Assembly: GCA_964016885.1 (NCBI GenBank)
Contig: OZ024743.1
Location: 85,622,001-85,686,000 of the forward strand
Source of the DNA: Eledone cirrhosa
Lineage: Eukaryota
DNA: 64,000 bases
Direction: 5' to 3'
Shown: positions 12,182-24,769 of the stretch, in pieces
Layout: the number at the start of each line of letters is the position of its first letter
Position numbering within the stretch: position 1 is the first letter of the stretch
Notes under the pieces: model-generated
Database searches by the model: none
The model's input: the letters and a program-made list of their open reading frames with translations, nothing else
Told to the model about the DNA's origin: nothing
Made by a program: the position numbers and the translations under genes

Positions 12182-14029
12182 CAAAGGGATATTTAATTTG
12201 TTGGTAATTCAACAAATATATTTATAACAGATTTGAAGCACTCGACAGATTTTCTGGAGTATAATATCAATCTAAACTATAATAAAGTAAGATGCGCGGA
12301 GCTGCGTACGGTTTATAATTTTTTATCCCATTAGTAAAATAAGTTGGATTACTTTGAATAAATAATGAATGAATATTCCATAATTTATCTACTAAATTTC
12401 GTGGCTGTTCATTAAATATATTTTATTATTTATTTAAAGATTCACTTCTTTAAAATGTTCAAATGTCAACACTTCCGGTGGCGATCGCTTAAATAAACAT
12501 TAATTTTCTGTCACTAATTTTCTCCTAATACAGTTTATATATAATATCGACTTTTTTTAATGTATCATGGATTACGCTACTGATTACATAAGACAGTGTA
12601 ACACAGTTTCTCTTCAATTTCTGCTAGTGATATTAATAAATGGAAACTATATTTATAAAACCATATTTATTCTATTATATATAGTTCCAGGGTACCAAAA
12701 CTTTGGTACCCTTGAAATATATGGTTTTATAAATATAGTTTCCATTTATTAATATCATTGATATATATATATATATTCAAAATAGGGAGCGCATAGGACA
12801 AAATGTTGAAAGTTTGAACATGATCACAGCTTACTTAAAATACCCATAAGTGAAAATTAAGTATTTTTGTTATACATAGACATATTGTATATGCTTTCAT
12901 ATACCCTATTATTAATCACACTGTGTTAGTGGTGGTGTTGGTATTGATGGTGGTAGTTCTGATTGTGGCAGTATGTGAGGGCTTGCTTATTTGTCATAAA
13001 AGGTAAATATCATAAGCTGTTGTGGTCACCAGAGCCAGATTTATCGGGATGGGGGAGAGGAATGGCCTGGGCCCTCTTATTAAACAGGGAACACACTTCA
13101 AACAGAATTCTTGCTCATTTTTAAGAGGAGAGTTAGAATGAGGCTTGATATAAACAATTTTATCATTTAGAAGCTGTTTTTAAAAACGTAATTGATGTCA
13201 TTTTTGTGCCAATTTATTAAACTTTCTCTACTTTAGTGACACCAGTTAGTGAAAGTAGGGGGAGTTGGCATTTTGTATGTATAGTTAGTTATATCAATGA
13301 TGGTGCTTGATGTGTATATATAGTTATGTGTGTATTGCTGTGGTTATATGTTTGTGTATGAGTGAGAATGTACACAATGACCATTCCTTTGCTACCTCCA
13401 TTATTTGACCACATGATCTTGTAGTGGACTGATGTATTTGAAGAAATTCAAATCTTTTCCTTTCTATTCAGTTGCTGCTGTCTCTCTCTCTCTCCCCCTC
13501 TCTCTCTTTCTCTCTCCCCCTCTCTCTCTTTCTCTCTCTCCCCCTCTCTCTGCTTATGTTTATATATATATGTGTGAGTGTGTGTTGTTATATGATGGGC
13601 CTACCAAACTTGAGCTGCCCAGGGTCCTCCAATGTCTAAATCTCGCCCTGGTGGTGACTGCTGTTGTTGTTGTTGTTGTTGTTGTTGCATCATCTAAGTA
13701 TTTTTTAGTAAAGACAAATATGATGATGATCATAATAATAATGGTTTCTGATTTAGGCACCAGGCCAGCAACTTTGGGGGCTGGGAAAGTCGATTAAATC
13801 AACCCCAATGCGTTACTGGTACTTTATTTTATCGACCATGTAAGGATGAAAGGCAAAGCTAACGTTATCAGGATTTGAACTCAGAACATAAAGGATCGTA
13901 ACTATATACTGCAAAGTATGTCCGTCACTCTACTGATATTGTTAATCAACAGATGACATGTATTCAAAGATCAGCAGTATATAATAGTGTTTTTGTAATA
14001 TCTTGTATATATTTAATGTCAATGAAAGA

Positions 14030-14320
14030 TCTTAAACGGCTTGCATGGGTTGGACGGATCCTTCTCAGTACATCATCTCTCCACTTGTTGCAATCCTTTG
14101 TCATCTCTGTGAGCTTCAGCTATTTGAGATCAGCTTTCATCACTTCCATTCAGGTTTTCCTTTGTCTCTCTCTACTGTCACTTTCCTCTACTGGGATGAC
14201 TTGGCATTTCTTCACCCATTGATCGTCATCCATACGCATCACATGTGCATACCAATGCAGTCTCTTCTCCTGCACACTACTTCTGATTCCTCTTATACTC
14301 AGTTTCCCCCTCAGTTCATC
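14030..14320 (-). mobile_element. RTE LINE 3' fragment
   Basis: Reverse strand shows a RRLHWYAHVMRMDDDQWVKKC-like C-terminus. Confidence 0.65.
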
Positions 14321-15419
14321 CATGCATTGTCAGGAAAGAATAAAGTTTGGAGAGAGAGGGGGAGGAGGTTAGAAATAGGGCTGGAAGATTTTTAAAAGAT
14401 CTTTTTAAGATTGGTGGGGAGGGAAGGCAAGGAGTCTGGTATGCAGCACTGGGGGCAGAGATGGAAAGTCCATCCAGGTGTATTATTGGTTGTGTTGTGT
14501 GTATGTAGGTGGAGTGCGTTCATGGGTGTGCATGTCAATATTATTTCTCCTTTGTGTGTGTTTATGGATGTTATCAGAGTGTTTGGGTGAGTTTATTTGG
14601 TTATTAGCTTGTGTATGTGAGTGTGTTGATGCATATGTGTACATACTCTCAGGTCCCAAATAATAGCTGGGGCTTGGAATATGTGGTGGAGTTGGAATAA
14701 TGTTGATTTTTTTTAAATAACTAGAATTAGTTGTTTAGTTTACATATTGAGACCCCATCCCATCCTATTTATTTTATATTGTATCGGATTTCTAGTATTT
14801 TCCTTTTTTTGTCATGTATAATGTTTTTTAATGTCTAAAGAAAATTGTCGCAGGAATGCTACAACTTAAAATAAAATTTCTCTGGAGATAGATTAGCAAA
14901 ATTTAATAAGCGGGGTGGGAGTAAAAAAAATCTGAAAAATTAATAAGGGGCGAGGACAATTATTTAAGTCCTGAGAGTAAGCTTCTGTGTGTGTGTGTGT
15001 ACCAAATAAGAATGGAGGGGTGTGAAGTAGTATCTAGGGCTGAAATCCGAAGTATAGAATGGAATGATGTGTAGTGGTCAGTGCTGTGGTAATCAATAAG
15101 GAATGGGTGGTGGGGTGGCTATGTAGCACACTGAAAATTGAAGTTTGGGGATGGTGTATATAACAGAATCTGGGAGTGTGAAGGTATGGTGACACTGGAT
15201 GAGGAGGTAGGGTAGTTACAAAGGTCACTATAGGTAAGCTGTTGTGCTTGTTGGTGGTTGTGTGTGGTGTAATAGTTTAGTTGAAGAATTGCGTTGGTTT
15301 ATTGATTTAGTATTAGTGTCGTGTTAGTGTTTAGTCGTGTTTGTTCAGTTAATTGGCCATTTTAGTATAATTAATTAGTTAATTAGTAGTGTTAGTATAA
15401 TTAATTGTGTTTATGTATC

Positions 15420-15885
15420 TATGTGTCGGTGAAAGTAGTCACACTAACCTGGGGGTATCCTTGTCGGGTGAACAGTCTAGTGGGTTCAACTGCAAACATG
15501 GTGGAGTGGGATGAGGTGAAATCAAAGTAGGAATGGGAGTCGGTGGGTTTGAAGAAGGTGGAGGTGATTGAAGGGTCAATAGAGACAAAGAAACCCAGGA
15601 AGTGGACAGAAGAGGTGAAGTCAAGCGCAAGGTGGAAGGAACGGGGAAAAGAGAAAAGTCAAGCTGCTCCCGGGTGAGTGAGATAGGGCTGATACAGTTG
15701 TTGATATAACGCCTGTATAGCAAAGATTTGAGCCTCAGCATAGCCAATGGATAGGTTGGCATGGTTGGGCTCCTTTTTTGTGCCTATAGCCACCTCAGTT
15801 ACCTGTTAAAGGTAACTACTTGAGAAGGAAAAAAAGTTGAGGGTGAGGACCAGCTCCGCAAGGCAAGTGGAGATGGAGGGGGATA
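15420..15885 (-). mobile_element. Penelope-like element (Neptune/Poseidon-type) reverse transcriptase fragment plus 3' remnant
   Basis: With frameshifts the minus strand gives LAELVLTLN-FSFSSSYL*QVTEVAIGTKKEPNHANLSIGYAEAQI..LYRRYINNCISPISLTREQLD. This is a decayed PLE RT Q..GVAMGT..P and RYIDD motif pair. Confidence 0.8.
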
Positions 15886-16529
15886 AAAGACCAGTCTTTC
15901 ATATTTTGGGAATTGATAAATAAAATATCTGTCCAGTACTGGAGTTGCTTTTTCTGTTTCTGTTCGTCTTTCTCTCCTCCTCTGAAGTTAATTCAAATTC
16001 TCTAAACTCCAATTCTGCTCAAATCAACTTTGCCACCCCGTTGCGGGATTAATAAATAAAATACCAATTCAGTACTCTATTGTTTTCTCTGTCTCTTCTC
16101 CATGTTAAATTGGCTGTAGTCAGACATGGATAAAGTTGGGTTCTGCCCAGTTTAAAATGCCCAAATTGCACTGTACGTTACAACACCCATATGACTTCAT
16201 CAGGGGTTATGGCCCCAAGACCAAACAATTTAATGCTCTTGCTCCTTTTCTCATGTTTTTCGTTTGCGCGAACAGATGTATTTGGTGTTTGGTATTCATA
16301 TTTTGGGATTATAAGTTTCCTGTTTTCCTTATGTAATTGTTCTGTAACTTGAAATCATAAATATTTGTAAATATCTCAAATATATAGATTATATATTGAT
16401 GATGTCTAAGATTTCTCCTACTCTGGAATTTGGTGTGAAATTTAGCGCCTTTCACTTTAATATTAAGTTTTGGAATTTGAGAATGATAAAGGTAGCTTCA
16501 GTCAGTGCAGATCTTTGGCAACATGGTGT

Positions 16530-16655
16530 TAAGTACCTTTTGGGATGCAAAAGGCATTGTGTTTATTTATATCTTCAAAAGGGCTACGCCATCAATGGAG
16601 AATACTATACCAATTTGCTGAGGCAATTATGAAAGGCTATCAAGACCAAACACTG
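16530..16655 (+). mobile_element. mariner transposase fragment
   Basis: YLQKGYAINGEYYTNLLRQL*KAIKTK is typical of the mariner catalytic domain. Confidence 0.7.
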
Positions 16656-16944
16656 GCTGCCCTTCCTATCACTAACCACTTTACAGAGGGTGCAGGGCGG
16701 CAGCTGCTAAGAATTATCATGTGTATGAAGGGGGGTTATTTGAAGTAATGATGTTGAGAATAACTGGAAGTTCTAGTGGAAGGGGGGGGGGGGGGTCAGG
16801 TCCTGGGTCTTCTTCAGCAGTCTTTAGTCATTTCTGTTGAAAGGTTTAACTTTTTACGGTCTGCCTCTTTTAAAGGTTTCAGCCACTGGGGTTTCTCTGC
16901 ATTCCTTTATGCAACTGCTATCTTCTATGTTTATATATATATAT

Positions 16945-17477
16945 GTCATCATCATTATTTTTCCATGCTTGGATGGGTCCTTCTCACCACTTGTCGCGTT
17001 CCTTCGTCATCTTCTCTGCCAGTCTTAGCGATTTGAGGTCAGCTCTCACAACCTCTGTCCAGGTCTTTTTTGATGGTCCTCTACTGCTGCTTCCACTGGG
17101 ATTTCCTTCACCCATTGGTCATTGTCCATGCGCATCAATGCTGTCTTCTCTCCTGCACACCACCTCAGATTCCTCTTAAACCCAACTCGTCCAAGCTCTG
17201 CCTTTCTCTCACACTTACATTGCACATCCAACAAAGCATAGTTACTTCATTTCTCTCCAGTTTACACATGCCCTCTACTGTCACAGCCCATGTTTCACCA
17301 CCATGCAGCATAACACTCCTGACACAGGCGTCATACAGCCTGCCTTTTATATGCAGGGAGAAATGTTTTGTTGTCAACAGTGGAAGTAGTTTTCTAAAGT
17401 TCTTCCATCCTATCCTTATTCTAGCTATTATACTCTCGGCACACCCTCCTCTGCTGTTAATTAAGTCACCTAGATAG
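16945..17477 (-). mobile_element. RTE LINE 3' fragment
   Basis: KGRLYDACVRSVMLHGGETW..LERNEVTMLCWMCN. Confidence 0.85.
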
Positions 17478-17484
17478 CTGACTC

Positions 17485-18085
17485 ACACCAGACATAGCAA
17501 CTCTCCAAAGTGCTTTGGGCATCAAAATCAACCATCCTTAATTCCTTGCATATAATAGGGAAAGTGTCCAAGCTGGACCAATGGGTACTCCAATATCTGA
17601 CTAGCCTTAATCAAAAATATTGGGTGACAGCTGCGACTTCTCTGCTCCCCTATCATCACACAACCAACTGGTTACGTTCCATTGTCACTGGTGATAGAAA
17701 ATGGTATCTCTACATTAATGTCGAGTGCAAGAGAGTGTGCTACAACGGCAAGCAAAGGCTGCCCTCCACCCTTGCATAGCTCTACTGAGCATCTGGCGGA
17801 ACTGGAAAGGTGTCATCCACTACAAGCTGCTCCAAACTGAACACCAGCTTAACTTCTGATGACTATTGCCAACAACATAACAGATTAGTGGCAAAAGTTG
17901 CACAGCTGTGCGCACACCATGGTCGTGTTCAATTCAGCCATAACACTTGGCTGGATGACCCGTAAGAAGCTGCTAGAGCTAGGTTGAGAGGTTCTGTCCC
18001 CACCTGTCATATTGGCCCGGCCTCCCACCTACAGATTTTACCACTTTCTCTCTTTCTCTCAAAATGCAATGCAGTCAAAGAAAAT
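17485..18085 (+). mobile_element. mariner (DD34D-type) transposase pseudogene fragment
   Basis: STILNSLHIIGKVSKLDQWV..IVTGDRKWYLY..WKGVIHYKLL..DYCQQ..TRKKLLELG*EVL, with stops and frameshifts. Confidence 0.85.
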
Positions 18086-18133
18086 TAGTTAAATTAGTGG
18101 CTGACGAAATTCTCATATGTATAAATGTGTGTG

Positions 18134-18164
<31 letters not shown>

Positions 18165-18616
18165 ATGTATATGTGTATACATATATGTATGTGTGTGTAT
18201 ATGTATACATATATGTATGTGTATGTATATGTATGTATGTGTGTGTGTATATATATTTATATATGTGTGTATATATATGTATGTATGTGTGTATATATAT
18301 ATATAGCGAGAGAGATATGGATGTAGATATATAATATGTTAATTCCTTGTTTGGGGGATAATTGGAAATCTAAAGAAAACCTTTTTGATAAAACATACAA
18401 TTTTAACGTCACTATGAAAACTAACCACAGTAGTTAAACCACAGATGTTTATTTTGGAGAGAAATAAATTGTGATCAATCTGTGTAGTATACTTTAAATT
18501 AATTAATTAATCACCTTCTCTCTGAGTTTGTCCTAGTTTGTATACATTGCAAATAACAATAAGTTAATAATCTCTCTGTGGACAGGTAAAAACCGCTTTA
18601 CATATGTTTATATATA

Positions 18617-19312
18617 CTAGGCGAATTACCCGCGCCTTGCTGCGTTTCACACATTATTTTTTGTAAGAAAATGATGATTAATTTTAAATCTGATATAATT
18701 TATGGATAAAAACTCTGCATTTCAATATTACTCAAGGCGGTGGATTGGCAGTATCGGTAGAGGGTCGGACGCCATGCTTTCCAGTATAGTTACGTCCCTT
18801 TACGATCTGAGTTCAAATCCCGCCGAGGTTGACTTTGCCTTTCATCCTTACAGGGTCGATAAAATAAAGTACCAGTAATGAACTGGGTAATTGCTGGCCT
18901 TGTGCCTAAAGTAGACACAAATATTACTCAAGTTAAAATGTAATGCATGAAAAATTGGAAAACATTATTTTTTGCAATATATCAAATCAAAATGACATTA
19001 TTAAATCATATTCTTATTTTGTTTCTTGTAAATAACTTTTTTCAAAATATCAATTCAAAACTTTTGTGAATAGGCATCATATTTTGTCATTTACTTATGG
19101 TTTAAATTTCATAAATCGAAGGGAAAAAATTTTCAGCGGGGGTTTTGTTCCCCCGAAGAACACTTTGATTAAAATGAAATATACTTATCCAAGTACCCTG
19201 GGCAATGTAGTTTCAGAATATATGTGGTTATGGGAGTCTATCTCCAAAACCATAGGAGGAGTTCGTGAACAAACAAATGCAAACAGCCTCTTTTATAAGC
19301 CAGTAGAATGAG
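18617..19312 (+). mobile_element. Non-autonomous Helitron/Helentron-like element interrupted by a SINE
   Basis: Starts ACTAG followed by a GC-rich stretch (acccgcgccttgctgcg). Ends ..acaaacaaa..cttttataag..agtagaat. Similar ends at 52441, 52899 and 54780-54920. Confidence 0.5.
18737..18919 (+). mobile_element. tRNA-derived SINE family A, full length with 13-bp TSD. Other copies: ~2040-2240(-), 13745-13945(-), 24180-24370(-), 33300-33790(-, interrupted), 48593-48783(-), 55519-55705(-), 59148-59300(+), 60085-60295(+)
   Basis: A box TGGCAGTATCGG, B box GAGTTCAAATC, core GCCTTTCATCC..GGGTCGATAAAATAAAGTACCAG. AATATTACTCAAG occurs at 18724-18736 and 18920-18932. Confidence 0.92.
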
Positions 19313-19714
19313 CCCTCATTCTACTGACATGGTTTATAAAAGAGGCTGTTTGCATAATTGCAAACGAATCGAATATTATTATTAATATTCGAAAAACTCA
19401 GATTATATATACATATATATATCTCATCATCATCATCACCGTTTAACGTCTATTCCACTTGCATACATGGGTTAGACGAGCTGGCAGGTTCTGAAGCTAG
19501 GTTGTTCATGCTTGTTTTCTACGGCCAGATGCCCCTACTAACGCCAACCGCTTAACAGCTGGGCGCTTTTTATTGCGGTACCAGCATCACCACTATTTTA
19601 GTATGGGCTGGATGTGTTTTCTCGTGGCACCAACATACACCCATAGACATATGGTTCTCGTCCTGTAGAAACCCTTTCTATATTAGTCTCTCTCTGTATA
19701 TAGATATATATATA

Positions 19715-19925
19715 TTGTTGTTAAAAGCTGTCCTATCTTCACTATGTTCTCCCACCTCGAAATACCTTATAAGGAAGTTGATGAATCCTTAAGATTTAAT
19801 CTTGATAGAGACGGAAGAAATAAGGTTGACTCAACCAACTTTCAGAAACAACCACTTTTTGTCTCTTTACTGTCAAACTTCACTGTGATGGTGGCGGAGT
19901 TGGGGGAACAACATTGTTTATTACC
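19715..19925 (-). mobile_element. Probable Penelope-like element 3' fragment (GIY-YIG C-terminus) between TA tracts
   Basis: Minus translation F*KLVESTLFLPSLSRLNLKDSSTSL* resembles the R..LES..I....LN....S..L end of PLE endonucleases. Confidence 0.4.
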
Positions 19926-19946
19926 TGTGCTCTCTCTCTCTCTCTC

Positions 19947-20013
<67 letters not shown>

Positions 20014-20367
20014 TTAAATACCGTTGTATTTAACATATTCAAACATTAACTGAATATTGGTGACTAGTGTGTTTAGGGGAATTTATGTGTGTGTTTGTAT
20101 ACAAGAAATATCTAATTAAAGTATCCAGTATATAGTATCAAATATATCATATATAGGGAGTTGCCTTTTTGAATTAGCCTCAACGGACGAAATTTGAAGT
20201 CAGTTAACCCCTATATATAAACATAACAATGACACCTTAGCGAATCCTTTAAAAAAAGGATAATTTAATTTAAATGAAACCAAGTTCTCTTCGTTATGTA
20301 CCGTAAATTTGAGTGTGTGTGTATGTATATATATATATATATATATATATGTTATTCCGGGACAGCC

Positions 20368-20418
20368 AGCTTCCTGATGATTTCTCACGAACTAAACAGT
20401 TCTAGTCCTGTAGAAGCT
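20368..20418 (+). ncRNA. Degenerate type I hammerhead ribozyme motif
   Basis: agcttc-CTGATGA-t ttc tcac gaa c-tAAA-cag ttctagtc ctg-TA-gaagct. All three stems pair, but core G12 and G10.1 are T. The 3' half recurs at 26244-26274. Confidence 0.6.
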
Positions 20419-20459
20419 CTTCTATATTAAAACTATATATATATATATATACACATACA

Positions 20460-20546
20460 CAAGGTGTCCCAAAAAATGTATACAGACTTCAACAGCATTC
20501 TAATAGATATTGCCTGTACAAGTAATCAAAGTGTGTAGGCACCCTG
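20460..20546. mobile_element. Tiny Tc1-type MITE
   Basis: Ends caaggtgtcc and ggcaccctg followed by TA. Confidence 0.5.
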
Positions 20547-20552
20547 TATATA

Positions 20553-20726
20553 CGAGGGTCGACTAAAAAGTTCATTGGTTGACCAAGATACTTTCATGAA
20601 ATGGCTAAATGAGGTTTGTTTATCAACATAGTCCCTGGAAAGAATCAATGCAGTTAATAAGAGTTGAGATTAATGCATGCAAGGTTTCATAGATCTAGCA
20701 TCACTCCTTTTTTCAGCTGACCCTCG
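20553..20726. mobile_element. mariner-type MITE (second copy at 31541-31727 in a CCNI intron)
   Basis: TA-CGAGGGTC.ACTAAAAA ... TTTTTCAGCTGACCCTCG-TA terminal inverted repeats. The internal sequence is shared by both copies. Confidence 0.8.
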
Positions 20727-20939
20727 TATGTGTGTATGTATTTAGATAACCATGACTCATTCAGCGAACCGTTTTTAAAAAAGATAGTTTAATTTAGAAT
20801 AAACTAAGTTCTCTTTCTAAATTTGAGTGAGTATATATATTTATATAAAGCATTGGGTGCATTTTCAACCCTTTATTATTTTTCATGTTTATATATATAC
20901 TAATTTAATAATATTGTATGTATCTATGTTTGTAAACAT

Positions 20940-21120
20940 ACCCCCCGCCCCCTCATCACATACACTTCCCCAGCACAAGTGTGTGTATATTTTGAAATCA
21001 ACAGTTTCGGTTGTTGACGTTTGAAATAATATATCTGTTATATGACTGTGTCACAACCACTTGCACCGATCTCATTGGTCAGTTGGTTACAAATGCTGTC
21101 TTCTCATTGGATGGTCTTCT
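20940..21120 (+). promoter_or_regulatory. Probable CCNI promoter
   Basis: GC box CCCCGCCC at ~20943, TGACGT at 21015-21020, TTTGAA at 21020-21025, and two CTCATTGG (reverse CCAAT) boxes with ATTGG at 21074 and 21106, all in repeat-free sequence. Confidence 0.6.
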
Positions 21121-21349
21121 CTCCTGGGCTAATGTAAACACTGATTTGTGTTCGTTTTGTCAGTTGCTTGCCTTGCCCCAGATATTTCCTGATTTTCCAA
21201 CGGTAAACCCGACTTAGGCGCCCACTGCAGGGATCCAAACACAATTTCCCCCCAACAAAATCCTTTCACATTCGATGCAAACCTGTATCGGTTCTATACA
21301 TATCTGTATAGCCTACAATGCGCTTGGTGTTTGTCTCGTATGATATGAG
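21120..21349 (+). other. CCNI: Probable non-coding first exon of CCNI (start approximate)
   Basis: Unique sequence downstream of the CCAAT boxes ending at donor GAG|GTAATT. The first coding exon has an acceptor (28550-28555) upstream of its ATG, so a 5' exon is required. Confidence 0.5.
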
Positions 21350-21591
21350 GTAATTATTGCTTTCTTAATTGTTTATTTAATGTTTTTTTTATCTCTGGGT
21401 CTTCTAATTTATTTGGGAGGGATGACAGATAAAGAAGTAGGATGTTAGAAACATTTGAATGTTTGTGTTTAGGGAGAGATTTAATCAATGTATTTTGGGT
21501 TGTTGTCTATCTCTGCTCAGTATTCTATATGCCAACCACACCTACATGTTTATAATATATATATTTGGGGGTTTGTTTATTTCTGTTCAGC

Positions 21592-21630
<39 letters not shown>

Positions 21631-22758
21631 TTGTAAGCTAATATGCATTGTTTATATTTGTGCACATTATATATATATTTAGAGTTCGGATCTAGCTGTT
21701 GGAACGGCAGCAGCTCAGCCGGGTTCCGAATTTGTTATATATATATATATATAATTGTTTCTACTTTTGGCACAAGGCCAGCAATAACCCAGTGTATTAC
21801 TGGTACTTTATTTTATCGACCCTGTAAGGATGATATAATGTCCACAAACATAAACAATGCATATTAGCTTACAAACTTGTATATATAAACATTAAACTTA
21901 AGCCAAAATCCCGATTTGGGAGGATATAAGCTAGCCCGTCTAAAATAAGTCAGTTTTACTCATATAGGTCCCTAATCATGGTTTCTGGAAGTCAAGGAAC
22001 AACATTAGCCATTTCAAAACATTGGAAGAATTAAATTATATATAAAAAAATGTAAATATTTATAACATCTATCCGCTAATCCCTAGTAAATAGTAAGCAG
22101 GTGACTAATTAGCTTTCTAGGGACTCGAACAGCCCTTTTCTTCCTTTGTTTTCATATGGAAGATGGTGCCCTTCCTTTGTTAACCCTTTCCTTTTCAAAA
22201 TCTAATTATCACCATTGTTATTATTATTAGTAGTAGTAGTAGGGGTAGTAGTATTATGTTAAGTCAGTTTTTTATTTAATTCGATTTGAAATACAAATTT
22301 AACTAGGAAATAAGTTTAAATATTTAACACTTATCAATTTTAAATGTTTTGTTTGTCACTTTAACCAACATAATCTCTATTGTTATTAGTTTTATTATCA
22401 TTATAGAAATCATTATTATTATTATTACTGATGATGTTATCATTCGTGTAACATTCCAGTTTCCTCATCTATTCCACAAGCATTTCTGTTGTTATTTCGC
22501 TTATTTTTGGTTTGTGGTTAGCTTTGAAATTGCTCACATTTTAAAAAATAAAATGTTCAGTTCCACCCGTTAACCCCCCCCCCCCCACACACACACACAA
22601 CACACCCTCCTCTGTAATTCTCTTTCTCTCTCTCTCTGAAGTGTAAGAAGGTGAATGAGTGAGTGAGTAAGACATTAAGAAGGGAGATGTGTTCGAGCCT
22701 CTTTTGTCACTCTCCACTCTCTGCTATAAACCTCTATAATCATATACACAAATACACG

Positions 22759-22822
<64 letters not shown>

Positions 22823-22909
22823 TGTATATATGTATATATTGATGGTGTTTTCGTTAAAGATGTATGATTATTGAGACGTAATGTGTGTATGTATATGTTT
22901 TTACATATA

Positions 22910-22973
<64 letters not shown>

Positions 22974-24096
22974 TATAATCTGACACTCTCTGTAACTCTA
23001 CCGAACTCCCCTCACTCGCTCCTATTCCCATACCCTCCATCTAACTCTGACGTTTCATATATATATATATATATTACTGGCAACATGACCCTCCCAAAGT
23101 ATAACAATATATATATATATATTGTATGTATGTATATTAGTGTATGAATGTATATATATGTGTATATATATATATATATACCCATATATATATACATACA
23201 TACACACACACATTATTTGACAGTTTCTCCTGCTCTATCTAACACTCTCCTCTCTCCCAACTAGCTCTGACCTCAATTCTATCTTCCTGCTGCTATTATT
23301 ATGTTATTTTCTAACTTTACACTGTTACCAGAATGGCTCCCCACCTTTTCTCTCTCTCTCCTCTCTCACTACCTACCGTTCTCTCGATATTACTGTCGCT
23401 CTCTCTCTCTCACTGTTACTCTCTCTCTGTCTGTATTATTTTGTCTTTTTCTGTTACTTCTCTCTCTATGTTACTACCCCCCCCCCCCTCTCTGGCTGGC
23501 TCTGTTACTGTTATCCCTGCTGCTACTAACCATGACGATGATGATGGTGGTGTTTGTTACAGTAGTGATGTTGGTGTGTGTATGTGTGAGTACTGTAGAT
23601 GTGATGGTGTGTGTTTGTGCTGTAAATGTGATACTGATGTATGTGTTGTAGTTGGTATGTGTATGTTGTAATGTGATTTGTGTTTTTTCCCGATATATCA
23701 TTTTGTGAGAATTTTAATAGTAGGAAAAACTGTTGTGTATATATGTTTGTTACAACACACGATCACTGGGGTACGTTGTGGCGGTGGTAGTAGTAGCTGC
23801 AGCAGTAGTTGTGGTGTTGCTGTGAATGTAATATTGTGTATAATTGGTTGAATAGTATATATAGTAACACAACTATTGTACTACCGCACTAACACAATTA
23901 TTGTACTAGTGTTGCATTCCTATATTTTCCCTATTACTAAATAGTAGGAGGGGGATTTCCTGTTTCTATATGGGGTGGGGATTCAAAATTCCACTTTCAT
24001 ATTCACCTTAGCAATATATATCATCTTGTGTATGTGTGTAATACGCACACATATATACGTGTTTTATATACATATTAGTTAATAAATTCGTATTAT

Positions 24097-24136
<40 letters not shown>

Positions 24137-24769
24137 TATACTATATAATATATACTATATAGATATGTTATGTATATATAATTGTTTCTACTTTTGGCAC
24201 AAGGCCAGCAATTACCCAGTGTATTACTGGTACTTTATTTTATCGACCCCGTAAGGATGAAAGGCAAAGTTAACCTCGGCGGGATTTGAACTCAGAATGG
24301 CAAGGGCCATAACTCTATGCCTCAAAGCACGGCGTCCGACCCTCTACCGATACTGCCAATCCACTACCCTTCATTATATATATACGGGGTCGATAAAATA
24401 AAGTACCAGTAATGCACTGGGTAATTGCTTGCTGGCCTTGTGCCTAAAGTAGAAACAATTATATATATATAATATATTATGTTTATTATATATATATAAT
24501 TTGTGTGAAATTGTATAAAGATGTTTATACCATCTGATGGAATGGGTAGGAAGGAAACTACGTAGTCGCCAACCTCAGAGAAATATGTATCATGGAGATG
24601 AAATTAAACCTGAATACAACTGCATATAGTCTTCCATTTATTTAATTCACTCTCTCTCTCTATATATATATATGATATGTGATTTTATGACTTTCCTGTA
24701 AGCATTGTGTCATTATATATGCTATTATAAACGTTAATAAATTAATTTTATATATATATATATATATAA

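Noticed and set aside
24525-24580. Hammerhead-like CTGATGG...GAAACTACGTAGTC with palindromic stem III
   Set aside because: The core is mutated and neither stem I nor stem II pairs, so at best it is a relic.
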